From the NCBI GenBank assembly GCA_964543265.1, contig CAZIWN010000001.1, positions 38,470 to 102,469 of the forward strand: a stretch of 64,000 nt of DNA, given 5' to 3'. The notes under the pieces were generated by a model. That model saw nothing but the letters and a program-made list of their open reading frames with translations. It was not told the origin of the DNA and searched no databases. The position numbers and the translations under genes were made by a program. The stretch comes from an uncultured Candidatus Saccharibacteria bacterium. GTDB lineage: Bacteria; Patescibacteriota; Minisyncoccia; UBA6257; 1-14-0-10-40-38. This document shows, piece by piece, positions 54,695-64,000 of the stretch (position 1 is its first letter; the number at the start of each line of letters is the position of its first letter).

Positions 54695-56233
54695 TTATTT
54701 AGTAGAGTTGCTTAATATCTCATCTCCTTCGCCCAATCCAGAAACCACCTCAACTAATCCATTAGTTCCACGAATTCCAGTTTCTATCTTAATTTCTGAA
54801 ATTTCTCCTCCAATCATTTTTTTAACATAAGATCCATCATTTTTTTCAGTTATTGCATATTGCGGAGCAATTAAAATATTTTCTTTTTTCAAGGTTTCAA
54901 TTCTTAAATTAGACGTTAATCCACTTTTAATTCTAGGATCATATGAATCAAATTGCGCCTTTATTTTAAAATTAACTACTCCATCAACAATAGTTTCTCC
55001 CGGTTCAATCTCATATATTTTAGCTGTAAAATTTTCTTTTCCAAAAGCATCCATAGTTAAATTAATAATATTTCCTATATTAACTTTTCCAATATCTGTT
55101 TCTGGAATATTTGCTTCAATTATTAAACCTCCTTCAGAGTGAACAGTTAAAATATTTTTATTTATATTTGCAATTTCTCCGACTTCGGCATCTTTCTTGG
55201 TTATTTTTCCATCAATAGGTGATCGCAAAGATGCCTTTGCTAGTTTAGCTCTAATTGATTGAATTTTTGCTTTTGTTTGATCTATTGATGCTTTCTGTAT
55301 AGCTATTTCTTCTGGCGATCCTCCAGATTTTTTAAGAGCTAAGGTCTTTTCTTCTATGTCGAGAGTAGATTTAGCCGATTCATATGCTTGAATATAGCTA
55401 TTTAAGCTAGACAATACCGTATTTACATTCGTTCTTGCTGTTGAAATATTTGATTTATAAGTATCCAAAGAAGTTGCCGAAAGAGAGCTGCTTGGATTTG
55501 CATTATTAACAGCTATTCCAGCATTATCTAATAAAGATTTTGCTTTATCCACTACATTTTTAGCATCAGAATAATAATTTTCTATTTCTGAATAAGAATT
55601 TAACGTATTAATTTTAGTATAAAGCGCCCCCAAAAGACCTTCCACCTCAGACCTTCCGATTTCGAGGTTTAATTTAAGTTGCGAATCAGAGACTGGTATA
55701 TTAAAAATTGGAGATATTCCTTTTGGGTTTGTGTATAAAGCATCTAATTTATTTCTAATAGAATCGTCTGTTGTAGTGTAGCTACTATATATAGAACTAA
55801 TTAAATTTTCTTTGGAAGTTTTTAAATTTGTTTCAGCACTTAAAACTTTTGCCTCCTGAACTCCAACTTCTTCAGATTTAGCCCCGCTCAATATATTGGC
55901 GAGCTTTAAGTTTTCTATGTTTAACCCAGCTTCGCTTTCTGCTAAGTCTGCATATAAATCAGTTTTATCAATTTCAGCCAAAAGCTGTCCGGCATATACT
56001 TCTTCGCCAACTTTTACATAAATATTGCTTATTTTCCCCGCTGTTTCAAAACCAAGAGATATCTCTTTTAGCGGAGCAGTTTTTCCAGTCACTACAACTT
56101 CTTCTGAAAGAGATCCTTTAGTTATCCTTATCGATTCATAATTATTTCCATTTTTCGCTTTTACAACAAAAAAAGTAATCAAAATTACGGCCAAAATTCC
56201 AACACCCAATAAAATCTTTTTGTTTTTATTCAT
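54695..56233 (-). CDS. HlyD/membrane-fusion-protein family periplasmic adaptor with a long coiled-coil hairpin
   Basis: 512 aa. N-terminal TM anchor, biotin-lipoyl-like TGKTAPLKEISLGFETAGKISNIYVKVGEEVYAGQLLAEID, a long helical insert, and C-terminal beta-barrel. Confidence 0.75.
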   Translation of the reverse strand: MNKNKKILLGVGILAVILITFFVVKAKNGNNYESIRITKGSLSEEVVVTGKTAPLKEISLGFETAGKISNIYVKVGEEVYAGQLLAEIDKTDLYADLAESEAGLNIENLKLANILSGAKSEEVGVQEAKVLSAETNLKTSKENLISSIYSSYTTTDDSIRNKLDALYTNPKGISPIFNIPVSDSQLKLNLEIGRSEVEGLLGALYTKINTLNSYSEIENYYSDAKNVVDKAKSLLDNAGIAVNNANPSSSLSATSLDTYKSNISTARTNVNTVLSSLNSYIQAYESAKSTLDIEEKTLALKKSGGSPEEIAIQKASIDQTKAKIQSIRAKLAKASLRSPIDGKITKKDAEVGEIANINKNILTVHSEGGLIIEANIPETDIGKVNIGNIINLTMDAFGKENFTAKIYEIEPGETIVDGVVNFKIKAQFDSYDPRIKSGLTSNLRIETLKKENILIAPQYAITEKNDGSYVKKMIGGEISEIKIETGIRGTNGLVEVVSGLGEGDEILSNSTK

Positions 56234-56399
56234 ATATCTTTTTATGTGTTATATGATAATATTTTTTACCATTTTTAGCAATTTATAAGCAATATAATTA
56301 AATCTATTTTTTATCTGAAATATGTGCTATCATTGCCATACATACCCCCCAGTCCCTGGGAATGGGGTGATTTTTCGTATCCATAACCCAACTAAATCA

Positions 56400-58397
56400 A
56401 TGAGTAAATTTGAATTAATCTCAAAAAACCAACCAGCAGGTGACCAGCCTAAAGCGATTAAGTCGCTTGTTTCAGGTTTAAAAAATGGATATGACTACCA
56501 GACTCTTTTGGGAGTAACCGGCTCTGGAAAAACTTTTACCATTGCCAATGTAATTGCTGAAATCCAAAAACCAACACTCGTGATTGCTCACAACAAAACT
56601 TTAGCCGCCCAGCTTTGTAATGAGTTACGTGAATTGTTCCCCAAAAATTCCGTAAACTATTTTGTTTCTTACTACGACTACTATCAACCAGAGGCCTATA
56701 TGCCAAATTCTGATACTTATATCGGCAAAGAATCTATGGTTAACGAAGAAATAGATAAACTTCGCCACGAAGCCACAGTTTCTCTCCTTACTAGAAAAGA
56801 TGTTATCGTGGTTGCTTCTGTTTCTTGTATTTATGGATTAGGAGCTCCAACGGCATACGCAGAAAATATTTATAAACTCACCTCGGGAATGGATATTGAT
56901 AGGGCAGAATTTTCCCGTAGGTTGGTGACTTTACAATATTCTAGAACTTCTGTTGATTTAAAAAGAGGCAATTTTCGCCTTCGAGGAGAAAATTGGGAAA
57001 TCATGCCTCCAGGAAAAGATGTTATTTATTCTTTTGAGGTTAAAAACGGAAAAATCCAAAAAATCTACGAAGTAGATCCAATTTTAGGTTTCCAACCAGG
57101 CAAAACTCCAGAAATGGAAGAGGTGATAATTTCTCCAGTTAAGCATTTCATCACTCCCAAGCAAGATATGGATAAAGCCATCGTAAGAATCCAAGAGGAG
57201 TTAAAAAACAGATTAAAATATTTTGAAAAAAACGGAAAATTATTAGAAGCAGAACGTTTAGAGAGAAGAACTAAATTTGATTTAGCTATGATGCGCGAAA
57301 TTGGCTATTGTAATGGCATAGAAAACTATTCTCAGCCAATTTCAGGGCGCAATCCAGGTGAACCCCCAGAAACTTTATTGGATTATTTTCCTAAAAAAGA
57401 AGACGGCTCACCAGACTTTTTAACCGTCATAGACGAATCACACGTCACCGTTCCTCAATTAAATGGAATGCACGCAGGAGACGCTTCCAGAAAAGAAACT
57501 TTAGTTGAATATGGGTTTAGGCTTCCCTCCGCTAAAGATAATAGGCCCTTAAGATTTGAAGAATTTAAAGAAAGAATAGGGCAGACTATTTTTACTTCCG
57601 CAACGCCTGCGAAATTCGAATATGAAAACTCCAAGCAGATAGTGGAGCAGATTATTCGTCCAACCGGTCTTTTAGATCCAGAAATAGAAATTAAGCCAGT
57701 TAAGGGTCAGGTTGATGATGCTATTTTAAGAATCAAAGAAATAGTTGAGAAAAAAGAGAGGGTTTTAGTCACGACTCTAACTAAAAAAATGGCCGAAGAT
57801 TTAAGTTCTTATCTGGCAGAAAAAAATATTAAAGTCAGCTATCTGCATAGTGATGTAAAAACGCTAGACAGAATTAAAATTCTTACCAATTTAAGAAAAG
57901 GCAATTTTGACTGTTTGGTTGGGGTAAACCTCTTAAGAGAAGGTTTGGACTTGCCAGAAGTTTCTTTAGTTTTAATTTTAGATGCAGACAAGGAGGGATT
58001 TTTAAGAAGTGAAACGTCTCTTACTCAAACTATCGGCCGCGCTGCCAGAAACTCTGCAGGAAAAGTTATTCTTTATGCAGATAATATTACCGGCTCTATA
58101 GAAAAAGCCGTAACAGAAACAAGGCGCAGACGCACTCTCCAAGAGGCCTATAACAAGCTTCATAATATAACTCCAAAAACTATTATTAAAGAAATAAAAG
58201 ACATCTTACCAGCCGAAGAGATTTTAAAAATAGAAACCATGCCTCTTCCAAAATCTAAACGTGCTATGACTGCTTTAATTAAAGAAAAGGAAAGAGAGAT
58301 GAAGATCGCCGCCGAAGGATTAGATTTCGAACTCGCTACGATTTTAAGAGATGAAATTAAAAGGTTGAAAAGTAAAGACGCAATAAAAGAAAAATAA
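56400..58397 (+). CDS. uvrB: Excinuclease ABC subunit B
   Basis: Start chosen at MSKFELISKNQPAGDQPKAIK by homology to canonical UvrB N-termini (the ORF track begins 26 codons upstream at 56322). Helicase motifs GVTGSGKT and DESH, and a C-terminal UVR domain. Confidence 0.9.
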   Translation: MSKFELISKNQPAGDQPKAIKSLVSGLKNGYDYQTLLGVTGSGKTFTIANVIAEIQKPTLVIAHNKTLAAQLCNELRELFPKNSVNYFVSYYDYYQPEAYMPNSDTYIGKESMVNEEIDKLRHEATVSLLTRKDVIVVASVSCIYGLGAPTAYAENIYKLTSGMDIDRAEFSRRLVTLQYSRTSVDLKRGNFRLRGENWEIMPPGKDVIYSFEVKNGKIQKIYEVDPILGFQPGKTPEMEEVIISPVKHFITPKQDMDKAIVRIQEELKNRLKYFEKNGKLLEAERLERRTKFDLAMMREIGYCNGIENYSQPISGRNPGEPPETLLDYFPKKEDGSPDFLTVIDESHVTVPQLNGMHAGDASRKETLVEYGFRLPSAKDNRPLRFEEFKERIGQTIFTSATPAKFEYENSKQIVEQIIRPTGLLDPEIEIKPVKGQVDDAILRIKEIVEKKERVLVTTLTKKMAEDLSSYLAEKNIKVSYLHSDVKTLDRIKILTNLRKGNFDCLVGVNLLREGLDLPEVSLVLILDADKEGFLRSETSLTQTIGRAARNSAGKVILYADNITGSIEKAVTETRRRRTLQEAYNKLHNITPKTIIKEIKDILPAEEILKIETMPLPKSKRAMTALIKEKEREMKIAAEGLDFELATILRDEIKRLKSKDAIKEK

Positions 58398-58398
58398 T

Positions 58399-60942
58399 AT
58401 GAAAGAAAATAAAATCATCGTCAAAGGCGCTCGTCAGCATAATCTCAAAAACATCAATCTAGAAATTCCCAGAGACAAGATGGTTGTTTTTACTGGTCTT
58501 TCTGGATCTGGTAAATCTTCCCTAGCTTTCGACACAATTTTTGCCGAAGGACAAAGAAGATATATTGAGTCTCTTTCTGCCTATGCCAGGCAATTTTTAG
58601 GCAAACTAGATAAGCCAGACGTGGACGAAATAACTGGCCTTTCTCCGGCAATTTCAATAGATCAAAAAAGCCACTCTGCCAATCCTCGTTCAACGGTAGC
58701 CACCATCACAGAAATCTACGACTATCTAAGAGTTCTTTTCGCCCGCGCGGGAAAACCTCATTGCCCAAACTGTGGCAGTGAAATTAAAAAACTTACCAAC
58801 GAAGAAATCGTTGATATCGCCATAGATTTCGCTCGTGAAAATAAAGGAGAAAATAATTTAAGCATTTTAGCTCCAGTTATTCGCGGTAGAAAAGGGGAAT
58901 ATTATCAGTTGCTTTATGATCTATTAAATTCGGGATATAGAGAAGTTAGAATCGACGGCAAATATCATAACCTAAAAGAAAGAATTGAGCTTTCAAAATA
59001 TAAAATCCACAATATCGATCTACTCTTAGATAGAATTCCTGGAATGTTAGATTTCAAAGATAAAGACAATCGCTTAAGGGTTTCGGAAGCCATAGAAAAT
59101 GCTTTGAAATATGGAAATGGAGTGGTAACCGTCATCACTAATAAAGAAATATCTTTGTCTTCAAAATTCACTTGCGCCAACGACGGTTTTTCTTTCCCAG
59201 AAATAGAGCCAAGATTATTCTCTTTCAATTCTCCCTATGGCGCCTGCGAAGCCTGCGGCGGTTTGGGAACAGAGTCAATTTTTTCTGAAAAAATCTGTCC
59301 AAAATGCGATGGCAAAAGGCTAAAACCAGAATCTTTAAGTGTTTTAATTCAAGGCAAGAATATCGCCAACGTTGTTTCGATGTCTATTCAGGATGTTTAC
59401 GATTACTTTTTAGAACTTATAAAAAAACTAAAAGACGACAAGAAAAAAGAAAATACTTTTCATATTGCCGAAGCTCCGATAAAAGAAATTTCATCTCGTC
59501 TTAAATTCTTACTAGATGTGGGTTTGGATTATTTATCGCTTGAAAGAAAAGCTGGAACTTTATCTGGCGGAGAAGCGCAAAGGATTCGCTTAGCTTCACA
59601 AATCGGTTCCCGCCTTGTCGGCACTCTTTATATCTTAGATGAACCAACAATAGGCCTTCATCAAAGGGATAATGAAAAATTAATTCATACCCTCTTAGAT
59701 TTAAGAGACATTGGGAACACCATCATTGTCGTTGAGCACGACGAAGACACCATTAGATCTTCCGATTATTTAGTTGATATCGGCCCAGAAGCCGGAATCC
59801 ACGGGGGTAAAATTGTTGCCGAAGGACCAATCCCTCAAATTTTAAATGATAAAAAAGCAGAAAGTGCATCTTTAACCATTCAATATCTTAATGGAAAGAA
59901 ATTTATAGAAACTCCCGCCAAGAGAAGGGAGATCAAAAAAAATCACGACTTCTTAAAATTGAAAGGAGTTGATGCTAATAACTTAAAAAATATTGATTTA
60001 GAAATTCCTCTAAGAAGATTTGTGGCGGTAACGGGTGTCTCTGGCTCAGGAAAAAGCACTTTAGTCTACGATGTCTTATATAAAACTCTCGCTAATAAAT
60101 TTAACGGTGCTGAATACAAACCAGGCAGTCATAAGGCCATTTTGGGATTGGAATATATCAATCGTGTGGTAAACGTGGATCAATCAGCCATTGGGCGAAC
60201 TCCAAGGTCAAATCCGGCAACCTATGTTGGCGCTTGGACTTATATCAGGGATCTTTTCGCCTCTTCGCCCGACGCCAAAGTCCGCGGCTATAAACCAGGC
60301 AGATTCAGTTTTAATGTTCCAGGCGGACGCTGCGAAAACTGCGAAGGCCATGGAGTAATTGCCATTGAAATGCATTTCTTACCGACGGTGTATGTTGAGT
60401 GCGATATTTGCCGTGGAAAAAGATTTGATCGTGAAACTCTTGAAGTTCTTTATAATGGAAAAAATATTTACGAAGTTTTAAAAATGAATGTCACGGAGGC
60501 CGCCAGTTTTTTCTACGATATTCCATGGCTCTATGACAGATTAAAAATCTTAGAAGATGTGGGATTAGGTTATCTTGAGATCGGCCAATCGGCTACAACT
60601 CTCTCCGGTGGAGAAGCTCAAAGAATTAAACTATCTGCCGAACTTGGGAAAAAAGATACTAGACGCAGTGTTTATATTTTAGACGAACCAACAACCGGTC
60701 TTCACTTCGCCGACATCCAAAAACTCTTAGAAGTTTTAAATAAGCTCGTTGATAGAGGAAACAGCGTTGTAGTAATTGAGCATAATTTAGATGTCATCAA
60801 AACCGCAGATTGGGTGATAGATTTAGGTCCAGAAGGGGGAGAAAAAGGAGGGAAAATAATCGCCGAAGGCACGCCAGAAGAAATCGCCAAAAAAGCCGGC
60901 AGTTTCACAGGAGAATATCTAAAGAAGGTTTTAAAGAAATAA
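58399..60942 (+). CDS. uvrA: Excinuclease ABC subunit A, short form apparently lacking the insertion domain
   Basis: 847 aa, compared with ~940. Two ABC modules ([18 protein letters not shown]) and zinc modules (CPNC, CEAC, CPKC, CENC). The segment between ...CGGLG and ...ICPKCDG is ~10 aa where E. coli UvrA has ~110. Confidence 0.9.
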   Translation: MKENKIIVKGARQHNLKNINLEIPRDKMVVFTGLSGSGKSSLAFDTIFAEGQRRYIESLSAYARQFLGKLDKPDVDEITGLSPAISIDQKSHSANPRSTVATITEIYDYLRVLFARAGKPHCPNCGSEIKKLTNEEIVDIAIDFARENKGENNLSILAPVIRGRKGEYYQLLYDLLNSGYREVRIDGKYHNLKERIELSKYKIHNIDLLLDRIPGMLDFKDKDNRLRVSEAIENALKYGNGVVTVITNKEISLSSKFTCANDGFSFPEIEPRLFSFNSPYGACEACGGLGTESIFSEKICPKCDGKRLKPESLSVLIQGKNIANVVSMSIQDVYDYFLELIKKLKDDKKKENTFHIAEAPIKEISSRLKFLLDVGLDYLSLERKAGTLSGGEAQRIRLASQIGSRLVGTLYILDEPTIGLHQRDNEKLIHTLLDLRDIGNTIIVVEHDEDTIRSSDYLVDIGPEAGIHGGKIVAEGPIPQILNDKKAESASLTIQYLNGKKFIETPAKRREIKKNHDFLKLKGVDANNLKNIDLEIPLRRFVAVTGVSGSGKSTLVYDVLYKTLANKFNGAEYKPGSHKAILGLEYINRVVNVDQSAIGRTPRSNPATYVGAWTYIRDLFASSPDAKVRGYKPGRFSFNVPGGRCENCEGHGVIAIEMHFLPTVYVECDICRGKRFDRETLEVLYNGKNIYEVLKMNVTEAASFFYDIPWLYDRLKILEDVGLGYLEIGQSATTLSGGEAQRIKLSAELGKKDTRRSVYILDEPTTGLHFADIQKLLEVLNKLVDRGNSVVVIEHNLDVIKTADWVIDLGPEGGEKGGKIIAEGTPEEIAKKAGSFTGEYLKKVLKK

Positions 60943-60943
60943 T

Positions 60944-61513
60944 ATGGAAAAAATCAGATGCGAATGGTGCCTAAAAACTCCTTTATATATCAAATATCAT
61001 GATGAAGAGTGGGGCGTTCCAGTTCACGACGATAAAAAACTCTTTGAATTTTTAGTTTTAGAAAGCTTTCAAGCAGGACTTTCTTGGCTAACAATCTTAA
61101 ATAAACGAGAAAACTTTAGAAAAGCTTTCAAAAACTTCGATCCAATTAAAGTTTCTAAATTCACTAAAGTAGATTTTAATCGTTTAATTAAGGATGCCGG
61201 AATCATCCGAAATAAATTAAAAATTGAGGCCGCTATAAATAACGCCAAGCGATTTTTAGAAATTCAAAAAGAATTTGGAACTTTCGACAAATATGTCTGG
61301 AGTTTTATTAAAAACAACACAGTAATTAATAAAAATAAATCCATGAAAGACTATGTCGCAAAAAGCGAAGTTTCGGATGCTATGAGCGAAGATATGGGTC
61401 GTCGTGGTTTCAAGTTTCGCGGCTCAACCATCTGTTATGCCTTTATGCAGGCAGTTGGAATGGTTAATGACCACTTAGTTAATTGTTTCAGATATAAAGA
61501 ACTCACAAAATAG
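60944..61513 (+). CDS. tag: DNA-3-methyladenine glycosylase I
   Basis: 189 aa. CEWCLK...YHDEEWGVPVHDDKKLFEFLVLESFQAGLSWLTIL. Confidence 0.9.
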   Translation: MEKIRCEWCLKTPLYIKYHDEEWGVPVHDDKKLFEFLVLESFQAGLSWLTILNKRENFRKAFKNFDPIKVSKFTKVDFNRLIKDAGIIRNKLKIEAAINNAKRFLEIQKEFGTFDKYVWSFIKNNTVINKNKSMKDYVAKSEVSDAMSEDMGRRGFKFRGSTICYAFMQAVGMVNDHLVNCFRYKELTK

Positions 61514-61539
61514 GATTTCTTATTGTATAATTAAACCCA

Positions 61540-61821
61540 ATGAGGAAATATATTCTTTTTGGATTTTTAATTCTCGCTTTGGTATTTTTAGTCCGTGAAG
61601 CTAAAATTGTATATAATCAAAGACAAGATTTAGAAAAGCATTTTTCTGAACTGCAATCAGATTATGATGCTATGAAAAACAGGAATCAAAAATTAGCCGA
61701 AACTTTAGAGGCAATGAAAGATCCTGAGTTTAGAGAAAAATCATTAAAATCAACTTCAAATTATAGAAAAGCAGACGAAAAACTTTATATAGTTGTTCCT
61801 GGCAAAAAACAAAATGAATAA
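61540..61821 (+). CDS. FtsB/DivIC-like septum formation initiator (membrane-anchored coiled coil)
   Basis: 93 aa. N-terminal TM, coiled coil, and C-terminal ...EFREKSLK...YRKADEKLYIV. Confidence 0.55.
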   Translation: MRKYILFGFLILALVFLVREAKIVYNQRQDLEKHFSELQSDYDAMKNRNQKLAETLEAMKDPEFREKSLKSTSNYRKADEKLYIVVPGKKQNE

Positions 61822-62383
61822 ATATCACATAACTCTTCTTTCTTTCTTAGGTGTAGGAATGTTTATCTATTTTTTAACTATTAGCGGTAATTATCCCATT
61901 GCTTATGTTAATGGAGATTTTATTTCTCAAAAATCATATAACGAATATTTAGTTTCGGCAGTTCATTATTATTCAGAAGCTAGTAAGGTTGCTAATAACG
62001 GGGAGCCTATTCAGGATTTCTCTCCATATATACCGGAAATTAGGCGGTCAATTTTAGACAAAATAATTTCAGATTCAATTATAGAAAGCAGACTAGAGGA
62101 TGTTTTAGGAAGTGATTTAGATGGTATGGTTAGTAAAAAAATTGAACCAGCGATTCAAAGCGACAAATTTCCACAATATGCTTCTTCCTTATATGGAATT
62201 TCTTTTGAGAGAGTCAGAAAAATAGTTTTAGAGCCACAAGCTAGACAGGAAATCTTACAGGGCAGATTATCTCTTGAAAATCTTAATTTTGATAATTGGA
62301 TTTCAGAGGCTAAGAAAAATGCTAAAATACACATCTTTATAAACGACTTAAAATGGGACGGCTCTGCTGTTGCTTTTAAATAG
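61814..62383 (+). CDS. Membrane-anchored hypothetical protein, SurA-N-like chaperone domain possible
   Basis: Start at MNKYHITLLSFLGVGMFIYF, overlapping the upstream stop. ...IAYVNGDFISQKSYNEYL resembles SurA/PpiC N-terminal regions. Confidence 0.4.
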   Translation: MNKYHITLLSFLGVGMFIYFLTISGNYPIAYVNGDFISQKSYNEYLVSAVHYYSEASKVANNGEPIQDFSPYIPEIRRSILDKIISDSIIESRLEDVLGSDLDGMVSKKIEPAIQSDKFPQYASSLYGISFERVRKIVLEPQARQEILQGRLSLENLNFDNWISEAKKNAKIHIFINDLKWDGSAVAFK

Positions 62384-62410
62384 GGTCTTTTCTAGAATCT
62401 AATTGGATCA

Positions 62411-62484
62411 GCGGAATTAGTACAGTGGTAGTACGCGACCTTCCCAAGGTTGAGACACGAGTTCGATTCTCGCATTCCGCTCCA
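62411..62484 (+). tRNA. tRNA-Gly (anticodon CCC), with encoded 3' CCA
   Basis: Acceptor gcggaat/attccgc, anticodon loop uuCCCaa, T-loop ttcgatt, then t-cca. Confidence 0.8.
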
Positions 62485-62485
62485 T

Positions 62486-62558
62486 GCCACCTTAGCTCAG
62501 CCGGTAGAGCAACACTTTCGTAAAGTGGAGGTCCCGAGTTCGATTCTCGGAGGTGGCT
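62486..62558 (+). tRNA. tRNA-Thr (anticodon CGU), no encoded CCA
   Basis: Acceptor gccacct/aggtggc, D-arm gctc-agccggta-gagc, anticodon loop uuCGUaa, T-arm ccgag-ttcgatt-ctcgg. Begins 1 nt after tRNA-Gly. Confidence 0.75.
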
Positions 62559-62707
62559 CTAAATCTTGAACAATTGATTGATTTTGTTATGCTTTAAACA
62601 TACATGATTGCAATTCCAAAAAGAATTAATGGAAGTTGGTGGTTCGCCCAAATATCTAGAAGGGCGAGCTTTGTATTTGCATAATACTTTTATATAATTT
62701 CAAATCT

Positions 62708-62745
62708 AAAACCCGCCCTTTAAACAGGGCGGGTTTCTTTTTCAT
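62708..62745 (+). terminator. Terminator after the tRNA-Gly/tRNA-Thr pair
   Basis: aaacccgccct-ttaaaca-gggcgggttt followed by ctttttc. Confidence 0.75.
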
Positions 62746-62761
62746 AAGGAGTTTGAAAATC

Positions 62762-62932
62762 ATGGGTGGATGGATAGATCCAGATGACAGAGTTTTTATT
62801 AAGTCGCCCCTAGAAAGGAAAGGGGTTGAAGTTAAATGTGGATGCCTTAACTCTGATAGTGGCAAAAAGGAGTCTGATTGTGGATGTAGTTGCGATAATT
62901 GCTCAAGAGGCAAATGTCCTTTAAGGAAATAA
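62762..62932 (+). CDS. Cysteine-rich micro-protein (56 aa, 7 Cys), metallothionein-like
   Basis: ATG 9 nt after AAGGAG. Translates MGGWIDPDDRVFIKSPLERKGVEVKCGCLNSDSGKKESDCGCSCDNCSRGKCPLRK. Bracketed by terminators at 62708-62745 and 62942-62985. Below the ORF-track cut-off. Confidence 0.45.
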   Translation: MGGWIDPDDRVFIKSPLERKGVEVKCGCLNSDSGKKESDCGCSCDNCSRGKCPLRK

Positions 62933-62941
62933 ATAAAACCA

Positions 62942-62985
62942 TAGACCTGAATGTAACAAGTTTCATTCAGGTCTATTATTATTTT
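62942..62985 (+). terminator. Terminator after the Cys-rich micro-gene
   Basis: tagacctgaatg...cattcaggtcta 12-bp stem, then ttattatttt. Confidence 0.7.
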
Positions 62986-63019
62986 ACATTTTTCACTTCA
63001 TTCTTATACTTAAAGTATC

Positions 63020-63769
63020 ATGTTTAGTAACCTAACCGGCAAATACGACAAATTAAACGCTCATTTAACCATTTTCCCTGGTGCGGGTGGAGATGATGCT
63101 AAAGATTGGGCAGACATGCTTTTTAGTATGTATCTTAAATATGCCCAAAAAAGAAACTGGAAAGTTATTGAAACAGGTGATAGATCTTTGGAAATAAAAG
63201 GTGAATACGCTTATGGAAATTTAAAAAAAGAAATGGGAGTTCATCGCTTAGTAAGAATCTCTCCATTTTCAGCTAAAAAACTTCGCCACACTTCTTTTGC
63301 CTTAGTAGAGATTATTCCAGTCTTTGAAGCGGTAGAATTAAAAAATTTAAATATTCCTCCAGAAGACTTTAGGGTTGAGTTTACCCGTTCAAGCGGCCCT
63401 GGTGGACAAAACGTAAATAAAAGAGAAACTGCCGTTCGGGTGGTTCATATTCCAACTGGTCTAGCTTGCGAATCCCAAGCCGAGCGTGGTCAGGGCCAGA
63501 ACAGGGAAAAAGCCATGAATCTTTTAAAAGCCAAGCTTTTTCATATGATGCAGGCTAGTCAAATGAAAGAAATTTCAGAGCTTCGCACCAAAGTTAAACC
63601 AGAATGGGGAAATCAGATCCGTTCCTATGTGCTTCATCCATATAAACAGGTGGTAGATCACAGAACGAAGCTTAAAGTTCATAATCCAGAAGAAGTCTTA
63701 AATGGAGAATTGGATAAATTTATAGACGCAGAGCTAGATTTTCCAATGCAGGAAAATAATCCAATATAG
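63020..63769 (+). CDS. prfB: Peptide chain release factor 2-like protein lacking N-terminal domain 1 (SPF and GGQ motifs present)
   Basis: 249 aa. ...RISPFSA... (SPF) and ...[11 protein letters not shown]... (GGQ) with canonical spacing. The start aligns to residue ~120 of E. coli RF2. An in-frame TAA sits 6 nt upstream of the ATG, and only 35 nt separate it from the preceding terminator. Confidence 0.8.
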   Translation: MFSNLTGKYDKLNAHLTIFPGAGGDDAKDWADMLFSMYLKYAQKRNWKVIETGDRSLEIKGEYAYGNLKKEMGVHRLVRISPFSAKKLRHTSFALVEIIPVFEAVELKNLNIPPEDFRVEFTRSSGPGGQNVNKRETAVRVVHIPTGLACESQAERGQGQNREKAMNLLKAKLFHMMQASQMKEISELRTKVKPEWGNQIRSYVLHPYKQVVDHRTKLKVHNPEEVLNGELDKFIDAELDFPMQENNPI

Positions 63770-63842
63770 CTTACTTATTGATTGTGTATTGCGGTTTGCG
63801 CTAACAGCTTCCTTTTGTGTTAAAATATATCATACAAGATAT

Positions 63843-64000
63843 ATGATAACTTTTTCGAACGTATCAAAGGCATATGATAAAAATTCTCCAGCGCTAGACA
63901 ATGTAGATCTCTTTATTAAAGACGGGGAATTTGTTTCTCTGGTTGGTAAATCCGGCGCCGGAAAATCAACCTTAATCAAGCTTTTAATAGGAGAAGAGAA
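63843..64000 (+). CDS. ftsE: FtsE-like ABC transporter ATP-binding protein (5' part; continues beyond the window)
   Basis: [48 protein letters not shown]... Walker A. Confidence 0.75.
   Translation, partial: MITFSNVSKAYDKNSPALDNVDLFIKDGEFVSLVGKSGAGKSTLIKLLIGEE

Noticed and set aside
56322-56399. Upstream extension of uvrB (MCYHCHTYPPVPGNGVIFRIHNPTKS)
   Set aside because: Not homologous to UvrB N-termini. MSKFEL…GDQP at 56400 matches the conserved start. There is no RBS at either site, so some uncertainty remains.
62656-62913. 85-aa minus-strand ORF overlapping the Cys-rich micro-gene
   Set aside because: No expression signals. The plus-strand 56-aa ORF has SD and is bracketed by terminators.
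62985-63022. Programmed +1 frameshift explaining the short prfB
   Set aside because: Only 35 nt lie between the upstream terminator and the ATG, with an in-frame TAA 6 nt upstream. There is no space for a domain-1 coding segment.
1-64000. CRISPR arrays, IS elements, integrases/transposases, rRNA genes
   Set aside because: No direct-repeat/spacer periodicity and no transposase- or integrase-like ORFs found. The GC-rich islets lack flanking inverted or direct repeats that I could detect. No rRNA-like conserved sequence blocks seen.

Overview
AT-rich (~30-33% GC) bacterial window, almost fully coding, with the hallmarks of a reduced Patescibacteria/CPR-type genome. Native genes almost never carry a Shine-Dalgarno sequence. 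The S10-spc ribosomal cluster lacks L30 and is not followed by an alpha operon. Several housekeeping proteins are domain-minimized: AspRS has no GAD domain, UvrA has no insertion domain, L3 has an internal deletion and the RF2 homolog has no domain 1. ComEC is present and split into two genes, and there is a GtrA/GT-C/GT2 glycosylation cluster.

Contents, left to right: partial CcdA; a membrane protein; AI-2E transporter; tgt; nth; an ABC-F ATPase; a GC-rich islet with a cupin gene; a ROK glucokinase plus an unusual PGI-GH13 fusion; a glycosylation cluster; a second GC-rich islet encoding a Cys-rich protein; a 692-aa coiled-coil protein; rsmE; tRNA-Lys; secDF; an ~8 kb module of uncharacterised genes; efp; mnmA; murD; a Nudix hydrolase; a third GC-rich micro-islet; a corrinoid adenosyltransferase-like gene; split ComEC; then tuf-S10-spc-secY-rpsL-rpsG-fusA; aspS; ndk; doxX; small Cys-rich proteins; msrB; an HlyD-like adaptor; uvrBA; tag; an ftsB-like gene; tRNA-Gly and tRNA-Thr; a metallothionein-like micro-gene; a domain-1-less RF2; and ftsE (partial).

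The most interesting region is the ~8 kb module at 20.7-28.9 kb. It has a HTH regulator gene with its own promoter and terminator, followed by a tight five-gene operon. The operon encodes a membrane-anchored 440-aa protein, a small transmembrane protein with an Rx4H (HEPN-like) motif, two paralogous soluble TraD/VirD4-like FtsK-HerA-superfamily ATPases, and a 581-aa tandem Cys-repeat/zinc-ribbon protein. I do not recognise this as any named system.

A second notable pattern is a set of GC-rich micro-islets. Each carries a strong SD, a non-ATG start codon and its own terminator, which suggests horizontally acquired gene cassettes.
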